Below, in pieces: positions 23,453-38,603 of a stretch of DNA of 64,000 nucleotides (position 1 is the first letter of the stretch; each line of letters starts with the position of its first letter). The position numbers and the translations under genes are program-made. The notes beneath the pieces are model-generated. The model did not search any database. It saw only the letters and a list, made by a program, of their open reading frames with translations, and was not told the origin of the DNA. This DNA comes from Deinococcus sp. (lineage in GTDB: Bacteria > Deinococcota > Deinococci > Deinococcales > Deinococcaceae): the NCBI GenBank assembly GCA_965261005.1, contig OZ253375.1, positions 96,001-160,000 of the forward strand. The letters are read 5' to 3'.

Positions 23453-23472
23453 CTCGTGAAACTTTGCACGAG
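23453..23472. promoter_or_regulatory. Probable Rex (NADH/NAD+ sensor) operator upstream of nuoA
   Basis: CTCGTGAAACTTTGCACGAG near-perfect palindrome matching the TTGTGAA-N4-TTCACAA Rex-type consensus, about 70 nt before nuoA. Confidence 0.7.
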
Positions 23473-23500
23473 CCATCCGACCGCTTGGCCCACGCTCGCC

Positions 23501-23530
23501 CACCGCTCAGCAGACCACCGCTCAGCAGAC
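23501..23530. repeat. Perfect 2 x 15-nt tandem repeat in the nuoA leader
   Basis: CACCGCTCAGCAGAC x2, immediately before the AGGAG RBS. Confidence 0.9.
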
Positions 23531-23540
23531 AGGAGAAGAA

Positions 23541-23894
23541 GTGACCGGATACCTGAACGCCCTCGTCATGCTCTTGATCGCCCTTGGCATAGGGGTGCTG
23601 GCCGTGATCGTCAGCGCCATTCTGGGGCCGAAAAAGCCCAGCCGCGCCAAGCTGATGGCCTACGAAAGCGGCAACGACCCGCTGCCCGGCGGCCACGAGC
23701 GCTTTCCGGTTCACTTTTACCTGGTCGCCATGCTCTTTATCGTGTTCGACATCGAAACGGCCTTTTTCTATCCCATCGCGGTCGCCTATCAGTCCCTGGG
23801 CGTGTTCGCCTTTTGGGAGACGGTCAGCTTCGTGGCGCTGGTGCTGATCGGCTACGTGTACGTCGTGCGCAAGGGGGTGCTGGAGTGGAAGTAG
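23541..23894 (+). CDS. nuoA: NADH-quinone oxidoreductase subunit A
   Basis: [18 protein letters not shown], three TM segments, GVLEW end. Confidence 0.96.
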   Translation: MTGYLNALVMLLIALGIGVLAVIVSAILGPKKPSRAKLMAYESGNDPLPGGHERFPVHFYLVAMLFIVFDIETAFFYPIAVAYQSLGVFAFWETVSFVALVLIGYVYVVRKGVLEWK

Positions 23895-23937
23895 CAGCTT
23901 GCCAGCCCCCTCAGCCTTTTCCCCGCGAGGTGATTTC

Positions 23938-24461
<524 letters not shown>

Positions 24462-24474
<13 letters not shown>

Positions 24475-25135
24475 AGCGTCAGAACAACCTCGATATTCAG
24501 GACCCGGCTCAGCCCAACCCGGTCGCCCCGGCCCGGGTGGAGATGGACCCGCGCGCCCGCTCGCAACGGGCCGCCGAGCAGCTGGGCCTGACGCTGGCGG
24601 TGGGTTTAGAGCCGCTGGCCCTGGTGGACGCGGGACAGTTGGAGCGCCTGGCCCCCCTGCTGCAAAGGGACGGCTTCATGCTGCTGGACGTGGTGGGCAC
24701 CGACTACGGCGCCTTTGTTCTGCCGACGCCGGCACGCTTCGGCGTGACCTATAACTTCTACCAGCTGGAGGGGAACGTCCGGCTGTTTCTGCGGGTCTAC
24801 CTGGAGGATGGCGCGGCGCTGCCCTCGCTGTACCCGGTCTGGAAGAGCGCCAACTACCTGGAGCGCGAGGTCTACGACCTGCTGGGCGTCCCCTTCGAGG
24901 GGCACCCTGATTTACGCAAGATTCTGACGCCCGACGACTTGGAGGGGCATCCCCTGCGCAAGGACTTTCCCATCGGCGAGTCGCCCACGCTGTTCCGCGA
25001 CGGCCGCTTTCTGGACCCGGCCGCCTTCCGCGCGGGCCTGAACGGCGGAAGCGCCGGCCTGACCGGCTGGCGCGGCGGCGAGCGGGTTGGGCTGAACGCG
25101 CCGGAGCATCCGCCGGTTCAGGTTGGAGGAAAGTC

Positions 25136-25139
<4 letters not shown>
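24462..25139 (+). CDS. nuoC: NADH-quinone oxidoreductase subunit C
   Basis: [29 protein letters not shown]. Confidence 0.95.
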
Positions 25140-26355
<1,216 letters not shown>

Positions 26356-26359
<4 letters not shown>

Positions 26360-26469
26360 GGGGAGCGCGAGTGATGACTTCGTTGACCCCCCCTCCCCGG
26401 CCCTCCCCCCGCAGGGGGGGGCGGGAGAGGGCAGCTTCTCGCCAATTCTCCCCTAGCTGGAGGGTATGA
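26356..26469 (+). CDS. Putative 37-aa bridging mini-ORF across the nuoD/nuoE repeat insertion
   Basis: GTG overlaps the nuoD TGA (GTGA); no internal stop; its TGA (26467-26469) directly abuts the nuoE GTG (26470). Confidence 0.5.
26386..26432. repeat. C/G-run palindromic repeat (half element) between nuoD and nuoE
   Basis: CCCCCTCCCCGGCCCTCCCCC is the reverse complement of GGGGGAGGGCCGGGGAGGGGG at 38060-38080. Contains a CCCCCC-GCA-GGGGGG hairpin. Confidence 0.85.
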
Positions 26470-27089
26470 GTGCCGTACTTTGAAGACAAGCCTACTCTGG
26501 TCAAGGACATCTTCGGCTGCTATCCCGACACCGAGCGCGGCCGGCGCAGCGCCCTCATGCCCCTCCTGCGCGAGGTGCAGGACGCCTTCGGCTTCGTGTC
26601 GGAGGCCCACCTGGAGGAGATCGCCGCCCTCTGCGGCACCACCGCCACCGAGGTCCGCAGCGTGATGAGCTTTTACAGCACCTACCACACCGTCCCCACC
26701 GGCCAGTACCATCTGCAAGTCTGCATGACCCTGATGTGCGCGCAGGCCGGGGCGGACCAGCTGTGGGACGAGCTGACCGGGACACTCGACGTGCAGCCGG
26801 GGGAGGTGACGCGGGATGGCCTCTTCAGCGTGCAGAAGGTGGAGTGCCTGGGCAGCTGCGGCACCGCCCCGGTGGTGCAGCTGAATGACGACGGCTACTA
26901 CGAGCGGGTCGGCCCGGGGAAGTGCGCCCACCTGATCGCGGCCATGCGCGTCGGCGCGGCCCTCGACTTCGACCAGCCCATGCCCTTCGCCATCCGTAAC
27001 GGGCGCCAATTCACGGCGGACGGCCAAGCGGTGGGCGCCACGACCGACGACCTCGCGCCCGTCAACTTCAACTCGTCAGGAGGTACGCC

Positions 27090-27093
<4 letters not shown>
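26470..27093 (+). CDS. nuoE: NADH-quinone oxidoreductase subunit E
   Basis: SALMPLL, SFYSTY, VCMTLMC...ECLGSC [2Fe-2S] motif. Confidence 0.96.
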
Positions 27094-28423
<1,330 letters not shown>

Positions 28424-28427
<4 letters not shown>

Positions 28428-28503
28428 AACAAGTCTTTTCTCCCTCCCCCCTTGAGGGGGAGCGCGCAGCACCTCGAAGAGAGGGCCGGGGTGGGGGGTC
28501 CAC

Positions 28504-28507
<4 letters not shown>
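28424..28507 (+). CDS. Putative 27-aa bridging mini-ORF across the nuoF/nuoG repeat insertion ([27 protein letters not shown])
   Basis: ATGA overlap with the nuoF stop and ATGA overlap with the nuoG start. GGAGG upstream of its ATG. CATGAA present at both ends. Confidence 0.55.
28438..28498. repeat. C/G-run palindromic repeat (half element) between nuoF and nuoG
   Basis: 28438-28462 is identical (25/25) to 38042-38066 (TTCTCCCTCCCCCCTTGAGGGGGAG), followed after an insert by GAGGGCCGGGGTGGGGGG. Confidence 0.9.
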
Positions 28508-30630
<2,123 letters not shown>

Positions 30631-31776
30631 GTGCCCTACTGGCTAGCCGACTTTCTCTTCGTGGTGCTCAAGGGCGTGCTGCTCGCCCTCGCGCTGCTGA
30701 CCACCTTCGCCTACATGACCCTGGTTGAGCGGCGCTTGCTGGCCCGCATGCAGATTCGCTACGGCCCCAACCGGGTCGGGCCGCTGGGCCTCTTGCAACC
30801 GCTGGCGGACGCCATCAAGAGCATCTTCAAAGAGGACTTCCGCGTCACCGCCGCCGACAAGATCGTGTACACTCTGGCGCCCATCCTGGCCATCGGCACG
30901 GCGCTGACCGCCTTTGGGGCGATTCCGGCGGGCTTGCCGGGGGCCTTTTTCGGCCTGGACCCCTGGGTCTTCGACGTGGACATCGGCATCCTGGCGGTGC
31001 TGGCCCTCACCAGCATGGGCGTCTACGGCATCTTTCTGGGCGGTTGGGCCTCCGGGTCCAAGTACCCGCTGCTGGGCAGCCTCAGAAGCAGCGCGCAGAT
31101 GATCTCCTACGAGCTGGGCCAGGGCCTCTCGATTCTGGGCCTGCTGATCCTGGTGGGCAGCACCAATTTGCGCGCCATTGTGGATTGGCAGGGGGCGAGC
31201 GGCTGGCTGATCCTGTTTCAGTGCCTGGGTTTCGTGACCTTTCTGGTCAGCTCCTTCGCCGAGACCAACCGCACCCCCTTCGATTTGCCCGAGGCCGAGC
31301 AGGAACTGGTCGCCGGCTACCTGACCGAGTACAACGCGATCAAGTGGGCGCTGTTTCAGATGGCCGAGTACGTCAACATGATCACCGCCTCGGCCGTGAT
31401 GAGCACGCTCTTTTTCGGTGGCTGGCGCGGGCCGCAGTTCCTCGACGCCTTGATTCCGGGCGTCAGCACCTGGCCCTTCATCTGGCTGATCCTCAAGATC
31501 GCCTTTTTTCTGTTCGTGTTCATCTGGGTGCGCGGCACGCTGCCCCGGCTGCGCTACGACCAATTGATGCGCTTCGGCTGGAAGCTGCTGTTTCCGGTCG
31601 CTCTTGCCAACACCTTGGCGACGGCGGCCTACGTCGCCTACCTGCCGCGCGGCCCGCTGTGGCCGCTGGGGCTGGTCGGTTTGCTGGGCGTCGTTCTTCT
31701 GATCGCCACCAGCGACCGTACCCGCACCTTGGTCAACGCCCGACCGGGCGACGAGCAACCCATAGGAGGAGATTGA
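30631..31776 (+). CDS. nuoH: NADH-quinone oxidoreductase subunit H
   Basis: [55 protein letters not shown]. Confidence 0.97.
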   Translation: MPYWLADFLFVVLKGVLLALALLTTFAYMTLVERRLLARMQIRYGPNRVGPLGLLQPLADAIKSIFKEDFRVTAADKIVYTLAPILAIGTALTAFGAIPAGLPGAFFGLDPWVFDVDIGILAVLALTSMGVYGIFLGGWASGSKYPLLGSLRSSAQMISYELGQGLSILGLLILVGSTNLRAIVDWQGASGWLILFQCLGFVTFLVSSFAETNRTPFDLPEAEQELVAGYLTEYNAIKWALFQMAEYVNMITASAVMSTLFFGGWRGPQFLDALIPGVSTWPFIWLILKIAFFLFVFIWVRGTLPRLRYDQLMRFGWKLLFPVALANTLATAAYVAYLPRGPLWPLGLVGLLGVVLLIATSDRTRTLVNARPGDEQPIGGD

Positions 31777-31777
31777 A

Positions 31778-32308
31778 GTGGGCGTATTAGAGATCGCCAA
31801 GGGCATGGGCATAACCCTCGGCAAGCTGTTCCAAAAGCCCGTGACCGTCTCGTACCCCGAGCAGCGCGCCCAGCTCAAGCCGCGCTTCCGGGGCCGCCAC
31901 TACCTGACCCGCCACCCCGGCACCGGCCTGGAAAAGTGCATCGGCTGCTCGCTGTGCGCCGCCGCCTGCCCGGCCTACGCCATCTATGTGGAGGCCGGCG
32001 AGAACGACCCCAACGACCCGGTCTCGCCGGGCGAGCGCTACGCCAAGGTCTACGAGATCAACATGCTGCGCTGCATCTTCTGCGGCATGTGCGAGGAGGC
32101 GTGCCCCACCGGCGCGGTCGTCCTCGGCAACGAGTTCGAGATGGCCGACTACAAGTACCGCGACTTCGTGTACGGCAAGGAGGACATGCTGGTCGGCCAC
32201 ACCGGCACCCTGCCGCAGCGCCGTGAGGCCGCCATGAAGCACAAGCCCGTGCGGGTCGGCTTCGAGGTGGAGCCGCGCGCGGAGCTGGAGGGGGTGAAGT
32301 ACCCGTGA
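31778..32308 (+). CDS. nuoI: NADH-quinone oxidoreductase subunit I
   Basis: Two CxxCxxCxxxCP motifs. Confidence 0.97.
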   Translation: MGVLEIAKGMGITLGKLFQKPVTVSYPEQRAQLKPRFRGRHYLTRHPGTGLEKCIGCSLCAAACPAYAIYVEAGENDPNDPVSPGERYAKVYEINMLRCIFCGMCEEACPTGAVVLGNEFEMADYKYRDFVYGKEDMLVGHTGTLPQRREAAMKHKPVRVGFEVEPRAELEGVKYP

Positions 32309-32868
32309 GCGGCTTCGCCTTCATCGTCATCGCCTTTCTGATCATCACCGGCGCGCTGATCACCGTGATCGCCGCCAACGCGGTTCACGCCGCCCTCGGG
32401 CTGGTCGCCACCTTGGTGAGCCTCGCCATGATGTACGTGACCTTGGAGGCGCACTTTTTGGCGGCCACGCAGGTGATCGTGTACGCGGGCGCCATCATGG
32501 TGCTGTTCCTCTTTGTGATCATGCTGCTGGACGCGGCCCGGCCGGTGCGGGCGGTCAACCCGATTCCCTTCGTGACCGAGGTCGCGGCCGGGGGCGGCGT
32601 GCTGCTGGCGGCGGCCTTCGGGCTGTTGGCCCTCTCGTGGCGCGCCCCGCTGCCCGCCGCCGCAGCGGCGGCCAAGCTGGCGGGGGGCGCCCCCTACGTC
32701 ATCGGGCAAACGCTGCTGTCGCGCTTTGTGCTGCCCTTCGAGGCGGTCAGCATCCTGCTGCTGGTGGCGGTGGTCGGCTCGGTGATCCTGATCCGCCGCC
32801 CAGCCCCACAAGACGAGCCGGTCCCCGAGGCAAAGCCGGTCGAGGGCGGCGAGCGGGTGGGGGCGTAA
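32305..32868 (+). CDS. nuoJ: NADH-quinone oxidoreductase subunit J
   Basis: [24 protein letters not shown]. Confidence 0.95.
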   Translation: MSGFAFIVIAFLIITGALITVIAANAVHAALGLVATLVSLAMMYVTLEAHFLAATQVIVYAGAIMVLFLFVIMLLDAARPVRAVNPIPFVTEVAAGGGVLLAAAFGLLALSWRAPLPAAAAAAKLAGGAPYVIGQTLLSRFVLPFEAVSILLLVAVVGSVILIRRPAPQDEPVPEAKPVEGGERVGA

Positions 32869-33170
32869 TGGTTGGCACCGAGTGGTACATCGCCCTCTCG
32901 GGCTTTCTGTTCGCCATCGGCATGGTGGGGGTGCTCACGCGGCGCACCGCCGTGATGATTTTTTTGTCGGTGGAGCTGATGTTGAACGCCGCCAACCTCG
33001 CCTTTGTCGCTTTCGCGCGGGCTTGGGGCGACTTGATCGCGCAGACGGCCGTCTTCATCATCATGACCCTGGCCGCCGCCGAGGTCGCGGTCGGCCTCGC
33101 CATCATCGTGACCATCTTCCGGGGCCGCGCCTCCACCAACGTGGACGACCTCAAGGAGCTGAGGGGATGA
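32868..33170 (+). CDS. nuoK: NADH-quinone oxidoreductase subunit K
   Basis: [31 protein letters not shown] coupling to nuoJ. Confidence 0.95.
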   Translation: MVGTEWYIALSGFLFAIGMVGVLTRRTAVMIFLSVELMLNAANLAFVAFARAWGDLIAQTAVFIIMTLAAAEVAVGLAIIVTIFRGRASTNVDDLKELRG

Positions 33171-33250
33171 AAGCAATGCTCAGTGTGCGCAACCGGATCG
33201 CGGTCGGCCGCGATCCTCATCCGCTCCGCTCGAACCGAGGACATGCCTAG
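33167..33250 (+). CDS. Putative 27-aa bridging mini-ORF across the nuoK/nuoL hairpin insertion ([27 protein letters not shown])
   Basis: ATGA overlap with the nuoK stop; its TAG (33248-33250) directly abuts the nuoL ATG (33251). Confidence 0.5.
   Translation: MKAMLSVRNRIAVGRDPHPLRSNRGHA
33195..33232. repeat. Hairpin plus CGCTCCGCTCG motif between nuoK and nuoL
   Basis: GGATCGCGG-TCGG-CCGCGATCC perfect 9-bp stem. The CGCTCCGCTCG at 33222-33232 also occurs at 61714-61724. Confidence 0.7.
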
Positions 33251-35140
33251 ATGCTGCCGCTGTACTTATACCCGCTGTTTCCGCTGCTGGGCTTTGCCGT
33301 CCTGATCTCCTTCGGCCGCTCGCTGAGGGGCACGCTGGCCGGCTGGGTCGGCTCCCTCGCGGTGTTGGCCTCCTTCGTGGTGGCCGTGCTCAACTTCTTC
33401 ACCCTCGGCTCGGGGGGGCCGGCGGTTCACGACATCCTCTGGACCTGGCTTCCCGACGTGGCGCGCGGCGGCAACTTGTCGGCGGGCCTGTACCTCGACC
33501 AACTTTCCGCGATTCTGACGCTGGTCATCACCGGGGTCGGCTTCCTGATTCACGTCTTTTCCATCGGCTACATGGCGGACGATCCCCGCTTCGCGCGCTT
33601 CTTCGCCTTTCTCAATTTCTTCGTGGCGCTGATGCTGATCTTGGTGCTGGGCGACTCGTACCCGCTGATCTTCGTCGGCTGGGAAGGGGTGGGCCTCGCG
33701 TCGTACCTGCTGATCGGCTTTTGGTTCGCCGGGCACCACGACAAGAACGCCCGCGACGGCGTCAACAATTCCAACGCCGCCCGCAAGGCGTTCATCATGA
33801 ACCGCGTCGGCGACCTCGGCTTCATGCTGGCGATGTTTTTGATCTTCAACAAGTTCGGCACGCTCTCGATTCCGCAGCTGTTTTCCGGCGAGCTGAACGC
33901 CGCCCGGCCTGCCTTTGAACTCATCTGCCTGCTGCTGCTGGTCGGCGCGGCGGGCAAGAGCGCGCAGCTGCCGCTGACCACCTGGCTGCCCGACGCGATG
34001 GCCGGCCCCACGCCGGTGTCGGCCCTGATCCACGCGGCCACCATGGTGACGGCCGGCGTCTACTTGGTCGCGCGCAGCCACCCGCTGTTCGAGGCGGCGC
34101 CCACCGCCTCCCTGTGGGTCGCGATCATCGGCGCGCTGACGGCCCTCTACGGCGCCCTCAGCGCGCTCAACCAGTACGACATCAAGAAGATTCTCGCGTT
34201 CTCTACCGTGTCGCAGCTGGGCTACATGTTCCTGGCGGTGGGGCTGGGCGCCTACACGGCCGGCATCTTCCACCTGGTCACCCACGCCTTTTTCAAGGCG
34301 TTGCTGTTCCTGGCGGCGGGCAGCGTCATCCACGCCGTCCACGAGGAGCAGGACGTGCGGCGCATGGGCGGCCTCGCCAAGTACATGCCGGCCACCAACG
34401 CGGTCAGTTTGATCGGGGTGCTGGCGATCTCGGGCATCCCGATTTTCGCGGGCTTCTTCTCCAAGGACGCCATCCTGGCCGCCGCTTGGGGCACCCAGCC
34501 CATCCTGTACTGGACCGGCCTGCTGGTCGCGCTGCTGACCGCCTTTTACATGGGCCGCTGGTACCTGCTGGTGTTTCGCGGCTCGTACCGGGGCAACGCG
34601 CATCCGCACGAAAGCGGCCCCATCATGACCGTGCCGCTGTGGATTCTGGCGATTCTGGCGACGGTGGGCGGCTTTCTGGGCGTGCCGGCCTTTTTGCGTC
34701 TACCCAACGCGCTGAACGGCTTTCTGGGCGGGGTCTTGCCGCTGCCGGAAGGGGAGCAACCCCTGACCGCCGAGATCATCCTGACGGTGGCGGCGGTCGG
34801 CATCGCGGTGCTGGGCCTCTACATCGCCTACGCCCGCTACCGGCGCGGCGTCCTGGTCGAGACCCGGCTGGGCGAGGCCAGCTTGCGCGCCCTGTACCTC
34901 GACAATCTCTACGACAGCACCCTCGGCAACGGCAGTAGGGCGGTGGCGCGCGGCCTGTCCAGCATGGACGCGGGCGTGGACGGCGGCATTGTTGGCACCG
35001 CCGAGGCCGTCGCGGCGCCGGGGCGCGCCTTTGGGCTGTGGGAAAACGGCTTCGTGCGCAGCTACGCCCTGAGCATGTTGCTGGGCACGGCGGCCATTCT
35101 GCTGTACTGGGCCTTTGCGGCCCTGGGGGCGACCAAGTGA
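33251..35140 (+). CDS. nuoL: NADH-quinone oxidoreductase subunit L
   Basis: GWEGVG..SYLLIGFW, NRVGD, KSAQLP..WLPDAMAGPTPVSALIHAATMV, THAFFKALLF. Confidence 0.98.
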   Translation: MLPLYLYPLFPLLGFAVLISFGRSLRGTLAGWVGSLAVLASFVVAVLNFFTLGSGGPAVHDILWTWLPDVARGGNLSAGLYLDQLSAILTLVITGVGFLIHVFSIGYMADDPRFARFFAFLNFFVALMLILVLGDSYPLIFVGWEGVGLASYLLIGFWFAGHHDKNARDGVNNSNAARKAFIMNRVGDLGFMLAMFLIFNKFGTLSIPQLFSGELNAARPAFELICLLLLVGAAGKSAQLPLTTWLPDAMAGPTPVSALIHAATMVTAGVYLVARSHPLFEAAPTASLWVAIIGALTALYGALSALNQYDIKKILAFSTVSQLGYMFLAVGLGAYTAGIFHLVTHAFFKALLFLAAGSVIHAVHEEQDVRRMGGLAKYMPATNAVSLIGVLAISGIPIFAGFFSKDAILAAAWGTQPILYWTGLLVALLTAFYMGRWYLLVFRGSYRGNAHPHESGPIMTVPLWILAILATVGGFLGVPAFLRLPNALNGFLGGVLPLPEGEQPLTAEIILTVAAVGIAVLGLYIAYARYRRGVLVETRLGEASLRALYLDNLYDSTLGNGSRAVARGLSSMDAGVDGGIVGTAEAVAAPGRAFGLWENGFVRSYALSMLLGTAAILLYWAFAALGATK

Positions 35141-36549
35141 TTCACTTCTTCATTCTGCTTCCCCTGGTCGCCTCGCTGGTGCTGGGCGTTTTGCCGGGAA
35201 GAACGCGCGCCGTGCCGGCCGTGGCGGCGGGAGCGGTCACGCTGCTGCTGGGCGCGCTGCTGTGGGCCAACTCGGGCGGCGGGCTGGTCAGCATGCCCTG
35301 GATCGCTTCCCTCGGGATCACCTACAGCGTCCGGTTGACGGGGGCGAGCCTGCTGCTGGCCCTGGTCTGCGCGCTGATGTCCCTGGTCGCCCTGATCTAC
35401 ACCCTGCGCGCGGTGGAGAATCCCGGCACCATGCTGAGCTATATCCTGGCGATGGAGACCGGCCTGCTGGGCATCTTCGCGGCGCGCGACCTGATCCTCT
35501 TCTACGTCTTTTTCGAGCTGGCCCTGATCCCCTCGCTGCTGATGCTGGCGACTTACGGCGGCGAGGGGCGCGTTCCGGCCCTGATCAAGTTCGGCGCCTA
35601 CACGCTGTTCGGCTCGCTGCTGATGCTGATCGCCATCATCGGCGTGAAGACGCTGGGCGGCTCGCCCACCTTCGCCATGACCGATCTGCTGGCCCACAAG
35701 GTCACCGGGGCAACCGGCACCTGGCTGTTTCTGGGCTTTCTGGTCGCCTTTGCGGTCAAGCTGCCGCTGTTCCCCTTTCACGCCTGGCTGCCCGACTTCC
35801 ACCAGCAGAACCACCCCAGCGGCGTGGCCGACCTGATGGGCACCCTTTACAAGGTGGGCGGCTACGGCCTGTTCGCCTTTGCCATCCCGCTGTTTCCGCA
35901 GGCCGCCGAGACGCTGCGCCCGGTCCTGATGGCGCTGGCCGCCTTCACGGCGCTGTACGCCGCCTGGATCGCCTTTTCACAGCGTGACTGGAAGCGGCTG
36001 CTGGCCTACGCCAGCCTCAGCCACATGGGGCTGGTGGGCCTCGGCATCTTCAGCCTGGTCCCGGTCGCCGTGACGGGGGCGCTGTATTTGCTGGCCTTTC
36101 AGGGCGTGTATACGGGGGCGCTCTTCCTCGCGGCGGGCATGCTGTTCGCGCGGGCGGGCACCCTCGACGTGCGCCAAGGGGGCGTGATGACCGGGGCGCC
36201 GGTGCTGGCCGGCCTGACCATGAGCTTGTGGTTCGCCTCCATCGCGGTGCCGGGCCTGGCCGGCTTCGTGGGCGAGTTCTCGATTCTGCTGGGCACCTAC
36301 CAGATTTACCCGTGGCTCGCCCTACTGGCCGGCCTCTCCACCATCGCCGCCGCCGCCTACGCCCTGACCGCTTACCAGCAGACCTACTGGCAGGTGCGGC
36401 CGGAAGGGGCCTCGCCGCTGGCAGACTTGCGCGGCAGCGAGTGGCTGGTGCTGGGCGCGCCGCTGGCCGTCGCCCTCTTCTTCGGGGTGTATAGCGCGCC
36501 GGCCCTGAACTTGCTTCAGCCCGCCGTGCGCGCCTTGGGAGGCGTTTGA
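35137..36549 (+). CDS. nuoM: NADH-quinone oxidoreductase subunit M
   Basis: FYVFFE, AFAVKLPLFPFHAWLP, KRLLAYASLSHMG, PGLAGFVGEF. GTGA coupling to nuoL. Confidence 0.96.
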   Translation: MIHFFILLPLVASLVLGVLPGRTRAVPAVAAGAVTLLLGALLWANSGGGLVSMPWIASLGITYSVRLTGASLLLALVCALMSLVALIYTLRAVENPGTMLSYILAMETGLLGIFAARDLILFYVFFELALIPSLLMLATYGGEGRVPALIKFGAYTLFGSLLMLIAIIGVKTLGGSPTFAMTDLLAHKVTGATGTWLFLGFLVAFAVKLPLFPFHAWLPDFHQQNHPSGVADLMGTLYKVGGYGLFAFAIPLFPQAAETLRPVLMALAAFTALYAAWIAFSQRDWKRLLAYASLSHMGLVGLGIFSLVPVAVTGALYLLAFQGVYTGALFLAAGMLFARAGTLDVRQGGVMTGAPVLAGLTMSLWFASIAVPGLAGFVGEFSILLGTYQIYPWLALLAGLSTIAAAAYALTAYQQTYWQVRPEGASPLADLRGSEWLVLGAPLAVALFFGVYSAPALNLLQPAVRALGGV

Positions 36550-38000
36550 TGCTCACGGCCCCGAACATCTCCCTGGCCCCGCTGTTGCCCATCCTGATCG
36601 TCCTGGCCGGCGCCGCCGTCGCCACCCTCGCCTTCGGGGCGCAACGCCGCGTGGTGAGCGTGGTCGCCATCGTCGCGCTGCTGCTGTCGGGCTTCTCGAT
36701 GGTGACGCTGTGGGGCGCCAATCTGTCCGCCTTCGGGGGCGCCCTGCGCGCCGACAACGCCGCCCTCGCCTTCGGGCTGGTACTGGTGGCCGGCTCCATT
36801 CTCGCGCTGCTGGTCTCGCTCGACCACGCCGTCAAGTCCCAGGTCAGCTTTCCCGAGTTCGACGCCATGCTGATGTACGCCGTCACCGGCACCCTGATCA
36901 TCGCCTTCGCCGGCGACTTGATCGTGCTCCTCATCGGCCTGGAGATCATGAGCCTCGCCGGCTACGTGCTGGTCACCTTAAAAGGCTCGCGCCCCGCCGA
37001 GGAGGGAGGCCTCAAGTACTTTCTGCTGGGGTCGGTGGGCAGCGCCATCCTGATCTACGGGATCGCGCTCACCTTCGGCGCGACCGGCAGCCTGGACCTC
37101 GCCACCATCGCCGCCCGCGTCGCGCAGGGGCAGGTGCTCAACGGCGCCCTGCTGATTGCGGGCGCGCTGATGATGCTGGCGGGCTTCGGCTTCAAGGTCG
37201 CGCTGGCCCCCTTTCACCAGTGGACCCCCGACGTGTACGGCGGCGCCCCCACCATCGTGACGCTGTTCCTCTCGACGGTCGTGAAGGTCGCCGCCTTCGC
37301 CGGGCTGTTCCGGGTCTTTCAGGGGGCGCTGCCCGCCGCGAACGGCTGGGTGCCCGTCGCCGAGGTGCTGGTCGCCGCGACCCTGATCGTGGGCAACCTC
37401 GCGGCCCTGTTTCAGAGCAACTTCAAGCGGCTGCTGGCCTACTCGGCGGTGGCCCACACCGGCTTCCTCGGCCTCGCCCTCCTCGCCGCCCCCGGTCAGG
37501 GCGGCCCGGCCCTGGCGTACTACCTGCTGGTCTACACCCTGATGACGGCGGGGGCCATCGCGGTGCTGGCCCTGATTCAGCCGGGGGACGGCGGCCTCGC
37601 CATCGCCGACTTGCGCGGCCTGTATTACCGCCAGCCGGCCCTGGCCCTGGCGCTGGGCGCCTGCTTGGCCTCGCTGGCCGGCTTCCCGCCCTTCGCGGGC
37701 TTTTTCGGCAAGTACCTGATGTTTCAGGCCGCCTTTCAGAACGGCCACGTCGCCGTGACCATCATCGCCGCCCTCGCCAGCGTCGTGGCCCTGGTCTACT
37801 ACCTGCGGCCCGCCGCGCTGATGTTCCTGCCGGCGGAGGACAGTTCGACCCGCTTCGTGGTCAAGCAGAGCGCCTTTACGGGCGTCGCCCTGGCCCTGTC
37901 GGTGCTGGGCATCGTGGTGCTGGGCATTCTGCCGGGGCTGGCCTACGGCTGGGTGGCGAGCAGGGGGATGTGGGTTCTGGGGCTGCTGAGCGGCGGTTAG
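36549..38000 (+). CDS. nuoN: NADH-quinone oxidoreductase subunit N
   Basis: EGGLKYFLLGS, FKVALAPFHQWTPDVYGGAP, KRLLAYS, SLAGFPPFAGFFGK. Confidence 0.96.
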   Translation: MLTAPNISLAPLLPILIVLAGAAVATLAFGAQRRVVSVVAIVALLLSGFSMVTLWGANLSAFGGALRADNAALAFGLVLVAGSILALLVSLDHAVKSQVSFPEFDAMLMYAVTGTLIIAFAGDLIVLLIGLEIMSLAGYVLVTLKGSRPAEEGGLKYFLLGSVGSAILIYGIALTFGATGSLDLATIAARVAQGQVLNGALLIAGALMMLAGFGFKVALAPFHQWTPDVYGGAPTIVTLFLSTVVKVAAFAGLFRVFQGALPAANGWVPVAEVLVAATLIVGNLAALFQSNFKRLLAYSAVAHTGFLGLALLAAPGQGGPALAYYLLVYTLMTAGAIAVLALIQPGDGGLAIADLRGLYYRQPALALALGACLASLAGFPPFAGFFGKYLMFQAAFQNGHVAVTIIAALASVVALVYYLRPAALMFLPAEDSSTRFVVKQSAFTGVALALSVLGIVVLGILPGLAYGWVASRGMWVLGLLSGG

Positions 38001-38041
38001 CCTTTGGTAGAAAAGTTGCCAGGGCAACCGCAAAGGTGCCC

Positions 38042-38147
38042 TTCTCCCTCCCCCCTTGAGGGGGAGGGCCGGGGAGGGGGTAACGAACGCACCCATGAGC
38101 CGATTCGGTCTACCCCCCTCCCAACCTCCCTCTCAGGGGGGGAGGGG
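38042..38147. repeat. Full-length C/G-run palindromic repeat element (two inverted arms) downstream of nuoN
   Basis: Left arm TTCTCCCTCCCCCCTTGAGGGGGAGGGCCGGGGAGGGGGTA; right arm TACCCCCCTCCCAACCTCCCTCTCAGGGGGGGAGGGG. The arms are imperfect inverted copies. Confidence 0.9.
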
Positions 38148-38249
38148 CTATGTAGGCAGTTTCGCCCTCGTTTCGGGACTTTGCGGTTGCTCTGGGTAAA
38201 CCTACCCCCGCTCCCCTTCACCACTCGTCCCACATGCTGAAATAGAGCC

Positions 38250-38600
38250 ATGACCCGCCGCTTCATCGTGCAGGGCACCAACGCGGGCTTCACCTGTGCC
38301 CACTGCGGCGCCGAGGTCGCGCCCCTGCAAAACGGCAGCGTCCGCAACCACTGCCCAGCGTGCCTGTGGAGCCGGCACGTGGACGTGTTTCCCGGCGACC
38401 GCGCCAGCGACTGCGGCGGCCCCATGCGCCCGGTCGGGGCGGAACACAGCGCCAAAAAGGGCTGGGTCCTCCTGCACCGTTGCGAGGCGTGCGGCTTCAA
38501 GGGGCGCAACAAGGCGGCCCTCGACGACCCCCAGCAGTCCGACAGCTATGACGAGCTGATCCGGGTGGCCTCGGGCGACGCGCGCCCGCTGCTGCGCTGA
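38250..38600 (+). CDS. RNHCP domain protein (putative Zn-binding)
   Basis: FTCAHCG, RNHCPACLWSRHVD, CGG.M, HRCEACG. Confidence 0.9.
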   Translation: MTRRFIVQGTNAGFTCAHCGAEVAPLQNGSVRNHCPACLWSRHVDVFPGDRASDCGGPMRPVGAEHSAKKGWVLLHRCEACGFKGRNKAALDDPQQSDSYDELIRVASGDARPLLR

Positions 38601-38603
38601 TTT

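Noticed and set aside
22087..23530. Short tandem repeats as a CRISPR array
   Set aside because: No spacers, only 15-nt units, and no cas genes.
23895..23937. nuoA/nuoB spacer as another bridge
   Set aside because: Only an in-frame TTG extension. nuoB has its own GAGGTG SD and no repeat is present.
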